From positions 1 to 30,694 of the IMG/VR virus record IMGVR_UViG_3300038674_000061: a stretch of 30,694 bases of DNA, one strand, 5' to 3'. Each line of letters opens with the position of its first letter. Position 1 is the first letter of the stretch. Positions 1-6,862 of the stretch are shown here, one piece after another. Position numbers and translations under genes: made by a program. The DNA is from a virus (lineage: Duplodnaviria > Caudoviricetes). The notes below the pieces were generated by a model that was not told the DNA's origin, did not search any database, and saw only the letters and a list, made by a program, of their open reading frames with translations.

Positions 1-235
1 CAAAGAGGAACAACTGCTCTAGATAATCAGCATCACTAAGAATGCCAATAACTAGAGTCGCACCATGAAATAGTTTTTCTCTAGGTACTTCAACATCCTT
101 ACCGCACCAAGAGCATGATGCAGAAGATATATTTCCTTCTACAATAGACATTCGTGTTTCCACATTATGTCTATTCCTGTTAACATGACTGCAACAATCG
201 CAGTCATTAACAAATGCGTTATAGGTCTTGATCAT
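1..235 (-). CDS. Hypothetical protein, runs off the window edge (MIKTYNAFVNDCDCCSH...CSWCGKDVEVP...)
   Basis: ATG at 235 on the minus strand after an AT-rich leader; open to position 1; two Cys clusters (CDCC, CSWC). Confidence 0.5.
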   Translation of the reverse strand, partial: MIKTYNAFVNDCDCCSHVNRNRHNVETRMSIVEGNISSASCSWCGKDVEVPREKLFHGATLVIGILSDADYLEQLFLF

Positions 236-327
236 ACAATATATATTAAGTTAATAATCTATAAATGTGTAAGCGAGGTTGAATTGCTATTAATCTTTTC
301 ATTATATGTATTGCTCAATATGCGAAT

Positions 328-361
328 AAAAAGAATGAAGATGACTAATCGTCATCTTCAT
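328..361 (-). terminator. Intrinsic terminator overlapping the stop of the 345-539 ORF
   Basis: Perfect 11-bp inverted repeat ATGAAGATGAC (335-345) / GTCATCTTCAT (351-361) followed on the minus strand by a T-rich tract. Confidence 0.65.
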
Positions 362-539
362 AAATATCATAACGCCACGGTTTTCCATCCCCGTTGAAGT
401 CGGTAGAACTTATCCAGTGTGTCTTGAAACAACCTACTGGTATGCAACCACGGTCTGCCAACCATGTACGGCACTCATCTTCTGTGCCGCCGAATACGAT
501 GTACTTTACATCGCATCCTCTTGATTCAAGTATATACAT
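345..539 (-). CDS. Hypothetical 64-aa protein ending in TAG
   Basis: ORF track; AT-rich leader; lies between two minus-strand terminators. Confidence 0.6.
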   Translation of the reverse strand: MYILESRGCDVKYIVFGGTEDECRTWLADRGCIPVGCFKTHWISSTDFNGDGKPWRYDIYEDDD

Positions 540-562
540 ATAATTAGAATTTGGTTAATAAT

Positions 563-596
563 AAAAAAGAAAAACCAGTAGGAATTACCCCACTGG
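563..596 (-). terminator. Intrinsic terminator
   Basis: Minus strand reads CCAGTGGGG-TAA-TTCCTACTGG followed by TTTTTCTTTTTT. Confidence 0.7.
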
Positions 597-840
597 CTTA
601 AGGTTTGAAGCGACATCCGTCTACGCTTCCGGGGCTGTGCATCCCCAAGCCCACGACTCATTGGTATGTCGTGGCGATACCGCATATAGTGCACTGACTA
701 TATACTTCCATCTATGAATAGATGAGTATGATTTGTTTAAATAACACGCGTAGATGCTATTTTAAAGCGATTTAAGGCACTTTCTATACTTAGATGATAA
801 CTTGTATCACTTTGCATAGAAAATGCCTTATAATGCATCA
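563..840 (-). ncRNA. Candidate structured non-coding RNA or leader (array of hairpins)
   Basis: Consecutive inverted repeats at 607-629, 631-646, 651-674, 684-703 and 709-724, plus a long imperfect hairpin at 753-839, ending in a terminator. Confidence 0.4.
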
Positions 841-844
841 ATGC

Positions 845-973
845 TTATCGTTTGGGATGGTATCCATCCAGTTCTGCAACTTCTTTCTGAAGTAACACTT
901 CTCTTAAGCTCTCGTTCTCTAGCTTCATCACTCTTGAAAAGGTGATGAGCTCTTTAAGTTGTTCACGTGTCAT
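845..973 (-). CDS. Small hypothetical protein, 42 aa (MTREQLKELITFSRVMKLENESLREVLLQKEVAELDGYHPKR)
   Basis: Manual translation ATG(973) to TAA(845); A-rich leader; amphipathic/coiled-coil-like composition; below the ORF-track cutoff. Confidence 0.55.
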   Translation of the reverse strand: MTREQLKELITFSRVMKLENESLREVLLQKEVAELDGYHPKR

Positions 974-1061
974 AACCAAAACGTTTTAGTGTACGGGGGT
1001 ATTCCCGCATCACTGAGTAGACGGGGGTGATTGGCGTGATACCTTCACGCATTCACATATA

Positions 1062-1069
1062 CAAACCTA
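1062..1069 (-). promoter_or_regulatory. Bacteroidota sigma-A type -7 element (TAnnTTTG) for the leftward block
   Basis: Minus strand TAGGTTTG about 90 nt upstream of the first leftward ORF; no clear -33 TTTG. Confidence 0.45.
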
Positions 1070-1102
1070 AAATATTTTTTATATAATTTTTATTTTAAGC
1101 TA

Positions 1103-1163
1103 TAACTAAATGTTAATTAATATTAATATATTAATACTATTACTACAATATATACGTTATATA
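1103..1163 (+). promoter_or_regulatory. Putative phage promoter motif, copy 1 (AAATGTTAA-N38-CGTT)
   Basis: Same motif and spacing recur at 2472 and 6456; sits at the start of the rightward block. Confidence 0.5.
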
Positions 1164-1249
1164 ATATATAATTATTAATATAATACTATTATACTATGGC
1201 TGGAATTGGAGTAATAATATGTGTACTATGGTTTACCTATGTAATCAAT

Positions 1250-1369
1250 ATGTATTACGAAGGATATACAGATATAAAGAACAATAAAGAATTATCCCAT
1301 ACTAAAGTAGAGTATAATAATACTAATTGTTTAATTATACCGATTAATGAACCAGATGAAGAAGATTAA
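1250..1369 (+). CDS. Small hypothetical protein, 39 aa
   Basis: ATG 1250 to TAA 1369, with the next ATG at 1371; tight packing. Confidence 0.4.
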   Translation: MYYEGYTDIKNNKELSHTKVEYNNTNCLIIPINEPDEED

Positions 1370-1370
1370 T

Positions 1371-1592
1371 ATGAGCGCATTAGATGTACAAATTAGTGGT
1401 GATCATTATAAATGCATGAAGATACAACCTGTTGAATTTATTACTGCAAACAACATACCTTTTCTTGAAGGTAACGTTATAAAATATGTTTGTAGGCATA
1501 TGAGTAAAAATGGTTTATCTGATATTGATAAAGCCATTCACTACTTAGAGTTGATAAAAGAATTACGTTATAACGAAGAACTTAAAAAATAA
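1371..1592 (+). CDS. DUF3310 (SaV-like) family protein
   Basis: Motifs QISGDHYK...IQPVEFI...FLEGNVIKYVCR...KNG.SDIDKAIHYLE; start placed at MSALDVQ. Confidence 0.85.
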   Translation: MSALDVQISGDHYKCMKIQPVEFITANNIPFLEGNVIKYVCRHMSKNGLSDIDKAIHYLELIKELRYNEELKK

Positions 1593-1599
1593 TAATATC

Positions 1600-1776
1600 A
1601 TGAGTAAATACAATGATCAGGATAAAAGTATCAGTACTGTGAAGATAGGTAATAAAACATATAAAACACAAAACGAGATTGTTAAAGGTGGGTGTCAAGG
1701 TTGCATATTTATTAATAGAGGTTGTACAAACGATTTGATATCAGTTTGTCGTACTGGTAAAATATTTGTAAAATGA
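1600..1776 (+). CDS. Small Cys-rich protein, 58 aa (CQGC...C...C)
   Basis: Manual translation; ATGA overlap with the next gene; Cys pattern resembles the next gene. Confidence 0.7.
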   Translation: MSKYNDQDKSISTVKIGNKTYKTQNEIVKGGCQGCIFINRGCTNDLISVCRTGKIFVK

Positions 1777-1991
1777 ATGAGCCGCATATAAAAAAATTAA
1801 TCAGTAGCGGACAACCTGTTGAAATAAAAGACGTTCTATATGATATAGTAAAACAACCGCAAGGACATTGTGATGGTTGTGCGTTTATACCACATCTTAA
1901 ACATAAAGACACATTGGGGCCATGTCCGTCATTAGCAGTTCATATCTGCTGTACTGGTGGTCACATACTAGTTAAACACGAAGAAAAATAA
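1773..1991 (+). CDS. Small Cys-rich protein, 72 aa (CDGC...C...CC)
   Basis: ORF track; coupled to the upstream gene. Confidence 0.7.
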   Translation: MNEPHIKKLISSGQPVEIKDVLYDIVKQPQGHCDGCAFIPHLKHKDTLGPCPSLAVHICCTGGHILVKHEEK

Positions 1992-1999
1992 TATAACTT

Positions 2000-2383
2000 A
2001 TGGTAAACGAAATTGTAGATATTCCATTGGAAATGGGTGATACTCCATTAGATACAGTAATTAATAGTCTGGAATACGCTCCAGTAAAAGATATTTTGGT
2101 CAAGCCTTTAGAACCGATCAAAGTAACAAAAGAGATAGTAGAGCAAGTACCTACTGGTAAGAGAGATAAAGATGGTTTTGAAGAATATGAAACTAAGACT
2201 GAAGTTAAGGAAGTTGTTTCTGATTTTAGAAAAGGTATCATACTCGCAATGCCAATTGAATGGGAAGGTGATTTTAAAGTTGGTAACTTGATAGTTTATC
2301 CAGCTAAATTCGCAAAAGACTTTGATCTATTTAAAGATAGTCAGTTAGTCAAACCATACGACGTAGTCGCATTGGTAAAATAA
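2000..2383 (+). CDS. GroES/Cpn10-like co-chaperonin-fold protein
   Basis: PVKDILVKP...GIILA...FKVGNLIVY...YDVVALV follows the Cpn10 pattern (PL.DRVLV / G.VVA / VKVGD.V / DILA). Confidence 0.6.
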   Translation: MVNEIVDIPLEMGDTPLDTVINSLEYAPVKDILVKPLEPIKVTKEIVEQVPTGKRDKDGFEEYETKTEVKEVVSDFRKGIILAMPIEWEGDFKVGNLIVYPAKFAKDFDLFKDSQLVKPYDVVALVK

Positions 2384-2421
2384 TCAAGATATTTCTATCA
2401 AGAATAATATTATAAGGAAAG

Positions 2422-2458
2422 AAATAGCCATTAGCTTAAAATACTAGTGGCTATTTTT
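2422..2458 (+). terminator. Intrinsic terminator
   Basis: AAATAGCCATTAG...CTAGTGGCTATTT stem followed by a T run. Confidence 0.75.
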
Positions 2459-2471
2459 ATATACTTATGTT

Positions 2472-2526
2472 AAATGTTAATTTTAGTTAAGTACGTTAAC
2501 ATTTACATTATTGATGCGTTTATATA
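2472..2526 (+). promoter_or_regulatory. Putative phage promoter motif, copy 2 (AAATGTTAA-N36-CGTT)
   Basis: Directly after a terminator and before the ATG at 2551. Confidence 0.5.
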
Positions 2527-2550
2527 TGTATAAACTAAAAACACATAATT

Positions 2551-3093
2551 ATGGTAACGAAATTTAAAGTGATTAAAAAATTTTACGTATTTAGTAAAGG
2601 TGATATACTAGAAGTAATTAAGAAAGATTCCGATGGAGTTTACGTTAAAACTGAAGGAACTAATGCTGATGAATATTTCTTGGTTGATTTCTTTAGCACA
2701 TTCCGTTCTTATTCTTCAAAGACAATATACTTAACTAATGCAGAATTGGATACATTCATTAATAATGAATATATTATCGAACTTGTTAATGATAATAAAG
2801 AGTCTTCCTACAAGAAAGAATTAGACGCTGCATATGAGACAATCGATACATTGAAAAATCAAGTAGCAGAATTGCGTAAAGCAGAAGTTAAATCTGAGCA
2901 ATTATTGTCAGTAATCATTGAGCTAATGGATGTATATGAAGAAGACTTGGAAATTGCAGATAAAGCATTTAATTCTTCTGAGATTAGTGCATCAGCATGG
3001 GCAGAACGTACTACAGTATTGAATAATCTTATCAAGGTTCTTGGTGAATTACGTAAAGTATATAATCAAAACACAAATACTGAAAATAAATAA
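2551..3093 (+). CDS. Hypothetical protein with coiled-coil C-terminal half
   Basis: 180-aa ORF with a good AT-rich initiation context. Confidence 0.8.
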   Translation: MVTKFKVIKKFYVFSKGDILEVIKKDSDGVYVKTEGTNADEYFLVDFFSTFRSYSSKTIYLTNAELDTFINNEYIIELVNDNKESSYKKELDAAYETIDTLKNQVAELRKAEVKSEQLLSVIIELMDVYEEDLEIADKAFNSSEISASAWAERTTVLNNLIKVLGELRKVYNQNTNTENK

Positions 3094-3094
3094 T

Positions 3095-3472
3095 ATGAAT
3101 AAATTAGTTAAGTCTATACCTTACTCTAATTTATATTCAGAATTTCTACTCAGTTTAAATGGTATATTATAGCTTACTAATCGTGAATTAGAACTACTTA
3201 CAATGTTATTGGATTTAGATATTAACTACAAGAAAGTTCCAAATCATGGTAAGAATATAATAAACAAGAATAACAGAAAGTTAATCAGGAGTACATTAGG
3301 TATTACTCCTGATAACTTGAGTAGATACTTTGGTAAGTTTAAAGAAAGAGGGATATTAGTCAAAGGTAGTGCTGATGATGAAATCTTTTTAAACAAAGCG
3401 TTAATACCAGAGATAATAAAAGATAGAGTACAGGTTACAATAATTTTAAATATAAAAGATGATACGAAATAA
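3095..3472 (+). CDS. Helix-turn-helix DNA-binding protein, 125 aa, one in-frame TAG
   Basis: ATG 3095 in frame with track ORF 3203 through TAG 3170-3172 (LNGIL[Q]LTNRELELL); HTH-like RKLIRSTLGITPDNLSRYFGKFKERGILV. Confidence 0.7.
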
Positions 3473-3671
3473 AGAAGTATCTATATATACTAAATTAAGT
3501 AATAAGTACAATATACCATATCCAATAATAGAAGTAATATGTAATCATCCGTTCATGTTCTTATCTAGAAAGATTGCAGATGATGAAGATGAAACTAATA
3601 TAATGTTTACTCACTTAGGTAAATTCAAGATTAAGAATAGATATAAACACAAAGAAAATGAAACTAATTAA
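3459..3671 (+). CDS. HU/IHF-like small DNA-binding protein
   Basis: 70 aa; two helices then IMFTHLGKFKIK, resembling the HU/IHF V.L.GFG.F strand motif. Confidence 0.55.
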   Translation: MIRNKEVSIYTKLSNKYNIPYPIIEVICNHPFMFLSRKIADDEDETNIMFTHLGKFKIKNRYKHKENETN

Positions 3672-4470
3672 CTCAAGCGTAGAGGTTATAGAACCTACAG
3701 GGTACACATTACAAGATATATATAAACAAATAGAATTAGCTGGTAGAACTTGCTACAAATCTGAAGATAATATGACAGATACATCTGCTAAAGAATTTGT
3801 TAATAGAATGGTTGCATCAAAACATTACGCTATGCTGGAACACGGTGCTGTATATCTAAGATATATGCCCACAGACTTAAATAATCCTCTTACTAAATAC
3901 TGTGTAAACAAATTCTCAATTACCAATTTAGATTCTGGTGAAGTATATGTAACTACAAACTATAGGGTACTTGTTGAAAATAATTGGTTAGATGATCTTA
4001 AATATTTATGTGAACCTACTGAATATCATGAGAAAAGAATAACTACTAAATTCATTTGTGATAGAGGTGTATCTCATGAATTAGTAAGACATAGAGTATT
4101 TAGTTTTGCACAAGAATCTACCAGATACTGCAACTACAGTAAAGATAAGTTTGGAAAGGAACTAACTTTTATTAAACCAAGTTGGTGGAAAGAAGAGGAT
4201 AACGAAGTTGCAACTTTGTATATACAACCATGGAGAAACATAGAAAATTGTTATCTTACATTAATCGAAAATGGTATTAAACCGCAAGACGCTAGAGCAA
4301 TACTACCAAATGCATTAAAAACTGAAGTAGTAATGACAGGTTTTGAATCTGATTGGGATCATTTCTTCGAACTTAGATGTGCTAAAGCTGCACATCCAGA
4401 TATGCAGAAATTAGCTAATGAATTAAAAGGCAAGTTTCATGAGAAAGAGGTAGATAATAAAGATAAATAA
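3658..4470 (+). CDS. thyX: FAD-dependent thymidylate synthase
   Basis: AGRTCYKS, H.AMLEH, RGVSHELVRHR-x7-S (FSFAQESTRY), QDARAILP and LRCAKAAHPDM motifs. Confidence 0.95.
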   Translation: MKLINSSVEVIEPTGYTLQDIYKQIELAGRTCYKSEDNMTDTSAKEFVNRMVASKHYAMLEHGAVYLRYMPTDLNNPLTKYCVNKFSITNLDSGEVYVTTNYRVLVENNWLDDLKYLCEPTEYHEKRITTKFICDRGVSHELVRHRVFSFAQESTRYCNYSKDKFGKELTFIKPSWWKEEDNEVATLYIQPWRNIENCYLTLIENGIKPQDARAILPNALKTEVVMTGFESDWDHFFELRCAKAAHPDMQKLANELKGKFHEKEVDNKDK

Positions 4471-4708
4471 ACTTACTCCAGACTTATTCAAAGATCTACT
4501 AGAGTTTATGATATACTTCAAATTATCATATCCTGTTGGAGAATATAAATAGTGTGGAGTATAGTTAGATGATGCTAAAGGGAGAATAATAACACTAGAT
4601 ACAGAATATAAATGTACAGATGAAATATACTTAGAATTATATCTAGCTAGTAATAAAGCAATAGCATCAATATATAAAGAAATTAACAATTATGAGTTTG
4701 TACAATAA
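4439..4708 (+). CDS. Hypothetical protein, 89 aa, 3 in-frame TAG
   Basis: ATG 4439 to TAA 4708 with only TAG interruptions; fills the gap between thyX and the 4692 ORF. Confidence 0.65.
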
Positions 4709-4874
4709 GATTAAAAAATGGTTTAACGGTGACGAGGAAGTCAAAGTGATACCAAGACCTGGGGATACGTTTTATATAGATAATAAACCATTTAAATGGG
4801 GAGTATCTGAACCAGATAGAGTGTATGTGAATATTATCCTTATGGATAGATGGTATAAAATATTTGTATTTTAA
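4692..4874 (+). CDS. Hypothetical protein, 60 aa
   Basis: ORF track; co-oriented and tightly packed. Confidence 0.55.
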   Translation: MSLYNKIKKWFNGDEEVKVIPRPGDTFYIDNKPFKWGVSEPDRVYVNIILMDRWYKIFVF

Positions 4875-4886
4875 AAAATAAAAAGA

Positions 4887-5420
4887 ATGAACGAATTAAA
4901 ATTTAAAAAACTAGATTACGCAATTAAAGATGCTGAAGGTGTTGAAACTATTAAACCAAGTACTGGTATATTGCCTACTAAAGCTAACACAACAGACGCT
5001 GGTTATGATCTTACGGCTACGAGATTAACTCAAGAATTAGATGATGCTGGTAAAGTAATGTTAGTATATCATACAGACATTGCTGTAGAAATACCTGAAA
5101 ATCATGTAGGTTTGTTGTTCATGCGTAGTTCTGTTGCAAATAGATCTATTATGTTAACAAATGCTGTAGGTGTAATAGATTCAGGATACAGAGGTGAGTT
5201 GATGATGAAGTTTAAGATTACTACTGATTCATTACCAAGAGTATATCAGCCTGGAGAACGTATTGGACAGTTAGTTATTGTGCCATGTTGCAATACATTT
5301 GAACCTGTATTTGTTGATAATTTAACACAGAGTGATCGTGGTGAAAATGGATATGGTTCATCAGATGCAGTACAGGAATCTGTAGATGAAGTAGTGGTAG
5401 AAAACACCACAGCAGCTTAA
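4887..5420 (+). CDS. dut: Trimeric dUTPase
   Basis: Motifs AGYDL, RSS, GVIDSGYRGE, GERIGQL, RGENGYGSS. Confidence 0.97.
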   Translation: MNELKFKKLDYAIKDAEGVETIKPSTGILPTKANTTDAGYDLTATRLTQELDDAGKVMLVYHTDIAVEIPENHVGLLFMRSSVANRSIMLTNAVGVIDSGYRGELMMKFKITTDSLPRVYQPGERIGQLVIVPCCNTFEPVFVDNLTQSDRGENGYGSSDAVQESVDEVVVENTTAA

Positions 5421-5538
5421 TGATATAATTTGGAAATACTAGAACTGTTAGGATTATTGCAATCCTAACATTACTCTAGTAGATGCAGAATATATGATGA
5501 GACAGATAGAAAAAGAAAGATACTTTAATTAGAAATAA
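5386..5538 (+). CDS. Possible 50-aa protein with 5 in-frame TAG
   Basis: ATG 5386 to TAA 5538, next ATG at 5540; open only under TAG read-through; overlaps a hairpin at 5437-5481. Confidence 0.4.
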
Positions 5539-5539
5539 T

Positions 5540-5920
5540 ATGGATAAAGTAAGATATATAGTAGCCCCTAGAACAAGTTATGGATTACTAAAGTTAAATA
5601 CAAATAATGAAGTTGAAGCATTTGAACCAACAAGTTCACCAATAGATTACATGTGGTTAATTACAGAGGATGGTGAAGTGAACACACACGATGGAGTTGT
5701 TGATGTACATGAAGGTGACCTTGTAATACGCACATACATTGGCGCAGACGGTTTAACAGCAAAGAATTACGAAGCAAGTAAGGTAAGCCTAAAAGAAAAA
5801 ATCATAGTATTACGTAAAGATAACGACTTCGTAAAGATTGTTAAAGAATACAAACAGTACCGCGATGGAAGGTACTATAAAGAACAAGATTGCACTGAAT
5901 GCACAACATCTTTAAACTAA
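5540..5920 (+). CDS. Hypothetical protein
   Basis: 126-aa ORF. Confidence 0.8.
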   Translation: MDKVRYIVAPRTSYGLLKLNTNNEVEAFEPTSSPIDYMWLITEDGEVNTHDGVVDVHEGDLVIRTYIGADGLTAKNYEASKVSLKEKIIVLRKDNDFVKIVKEYKQYRDGRYYKEQDCTECTTSLN

Positions 5921-5929
5921 TAAAACAAT

Positions 5930-6457
5930 ATGAAATTATTTGATATAGTTGGCGGTAAAGTAGTAATTCATCCAGATGCACTTGGTATACCATGTTTTAG
6001 AAACATATGGGATAATAATAAAGATAAAGATTACGTACGTAATATTATATCGTACATAGTTTTAAAGAATAAATATGATAGTCCATATGTACAATCAATG
6101 GATGCGGATGAAGCTGAAAGAAAGCTTAAGACGGAATTATTCCATGATCCTGAATATAAATTAACAGCTGAAGAATTATCTTGCGAACAAGACTACAAAA
6201 GATTAATTTATACACGTACATTACAAATGTTAAATAACCAACGTAAGAAGTTGGATAGTATTAGTAAGTGGTATGAAGATTCTTTAGATGATGTTCTTGA
6301 TGAGAAAAGAGTTAAGGATATATGGGCTGGAATGAAAGAAACAGCATCAGTATTTAAATCATTAGACGCACTAGAAAAGGCAGTTAAACTTGAAGAGTTG
6401 AATTCAGGTAAAGTGAGGGGTGGTGCAGAATTAAATCCATATGAATTAAATAACTAA
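5930..6457 (+). CDS. Hypothetical helical protein upstream of terL (terminase small subunit candidate by position only)
   Basis: 175-aa ORF; position near terL; no diagnostic motif. Confidence 0.6.
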   Translation: MKLFDIVGGKVVIHPDALGIPCFRNIWDNNKDKDYVRNIISYIVLKNKYDSPYVQSMDADEAERKLKTELFHDPEYKLTAEELSCEQDYKRLIYTRTLQMLNNQRKKLDSISKWYEDSLDDVLDEKRVKDIWAGMKETASVFKSLDALEKAVKLEELNSGKVRGGAELNPYELNN

Positions 6458-6512
6458 ATGTTAAAAAAACACAAAGAGATTAACTATAAAAATATATAAT
6501 ACGTTTTAGATA
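6451..6512 (+). promoter_or_regulatory. Putative phage promoter motif, copy 3 (AAATGTTAA-N37-CGTT)
   Basis: TAACTAAATGTTAA is identical to 1103-1116; lies upstream of the small ORF, suppressor tRNA and terL. Confidence 0.5.
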
Positions 6513-6514
6513 TT

Positions 6515-6709
6515 ATGAGCAAGAAAAATAATAAAGGTGTTCGACCAGAAATAGTACTGGATCTTACTGATGAAAGTAAACCTTTCGAACAGGCTTTGAA
6601 AGAAGCATTAGACAAACAAAAAGTGATTGAGAATATTAGTTGGTATAAAGTATTGATTGCTAAGGCAAAACATTATATCAGAGTTCTTAGAGCACTCATT
6701 ACGAAGTAA
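6515..6709 (+). CDS. Hypothetical protein, 64 aa
   Basis: ORF track; immediately precedes the tRNA. Confidence 0.7.
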   Translation: MSKKNNKGVRPEIVLDLTDESKPFEQALKEALDKQKVIENISWYKVLIAKAKHYIRVLRALITK

Positions 6710-6743
6710 AGTCGTTTTCCCGTGACTATAACGGGAACCATAT

Positions 6744-6818
6744 TCCCCTATGGTGTAATGGCTAGCACAGGAGGCTCTAACCCTCTTAGTCTGGGTTCGA
6801 ATCCTAGTGGGGGTACCA
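6744..6818 (+). tRNA. Amber suppressor tRNA, anticodon CUA (Gln-type body), encoded CCA
   Basis: Cloverleaf: acceptor TCCCCTA/TGGGGGT, D stem GTGT/GCAC, anticodon stem GGAGG/CCTCT with loop CT-CTA-AC (anticodon 6777-6779), T arm CTGGG-TTCGAAT-CCTAG, terminal ACCA. Confidence 0.95.
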
Positions 6819-6862
6819 ATATTCAAGAAGTTTAATGGAAAAACATTTGAAAAACTATAATA

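Noticed and set aside
167-397. Plus-strand 76-aa ORF in the track
   Set aside because: Antisense to better-supported minus-strand ORFs and their terminator; no recognisable motif.
506-694. Minus-strand 62-aa ORF in the track
   Set aside because: Runs through a terminator and its U tract (FFFF) and across the hairpin array; better explained as non-coding structure.
6744-6818. tRNA-Pyl / pyrrolysine decoding
   Set aside because: The body is canonical (5-bp anticodon stem, GG in the D loop, TTCGA T loop), no pyl genes are in the window, and TAG contexts fit Gln.
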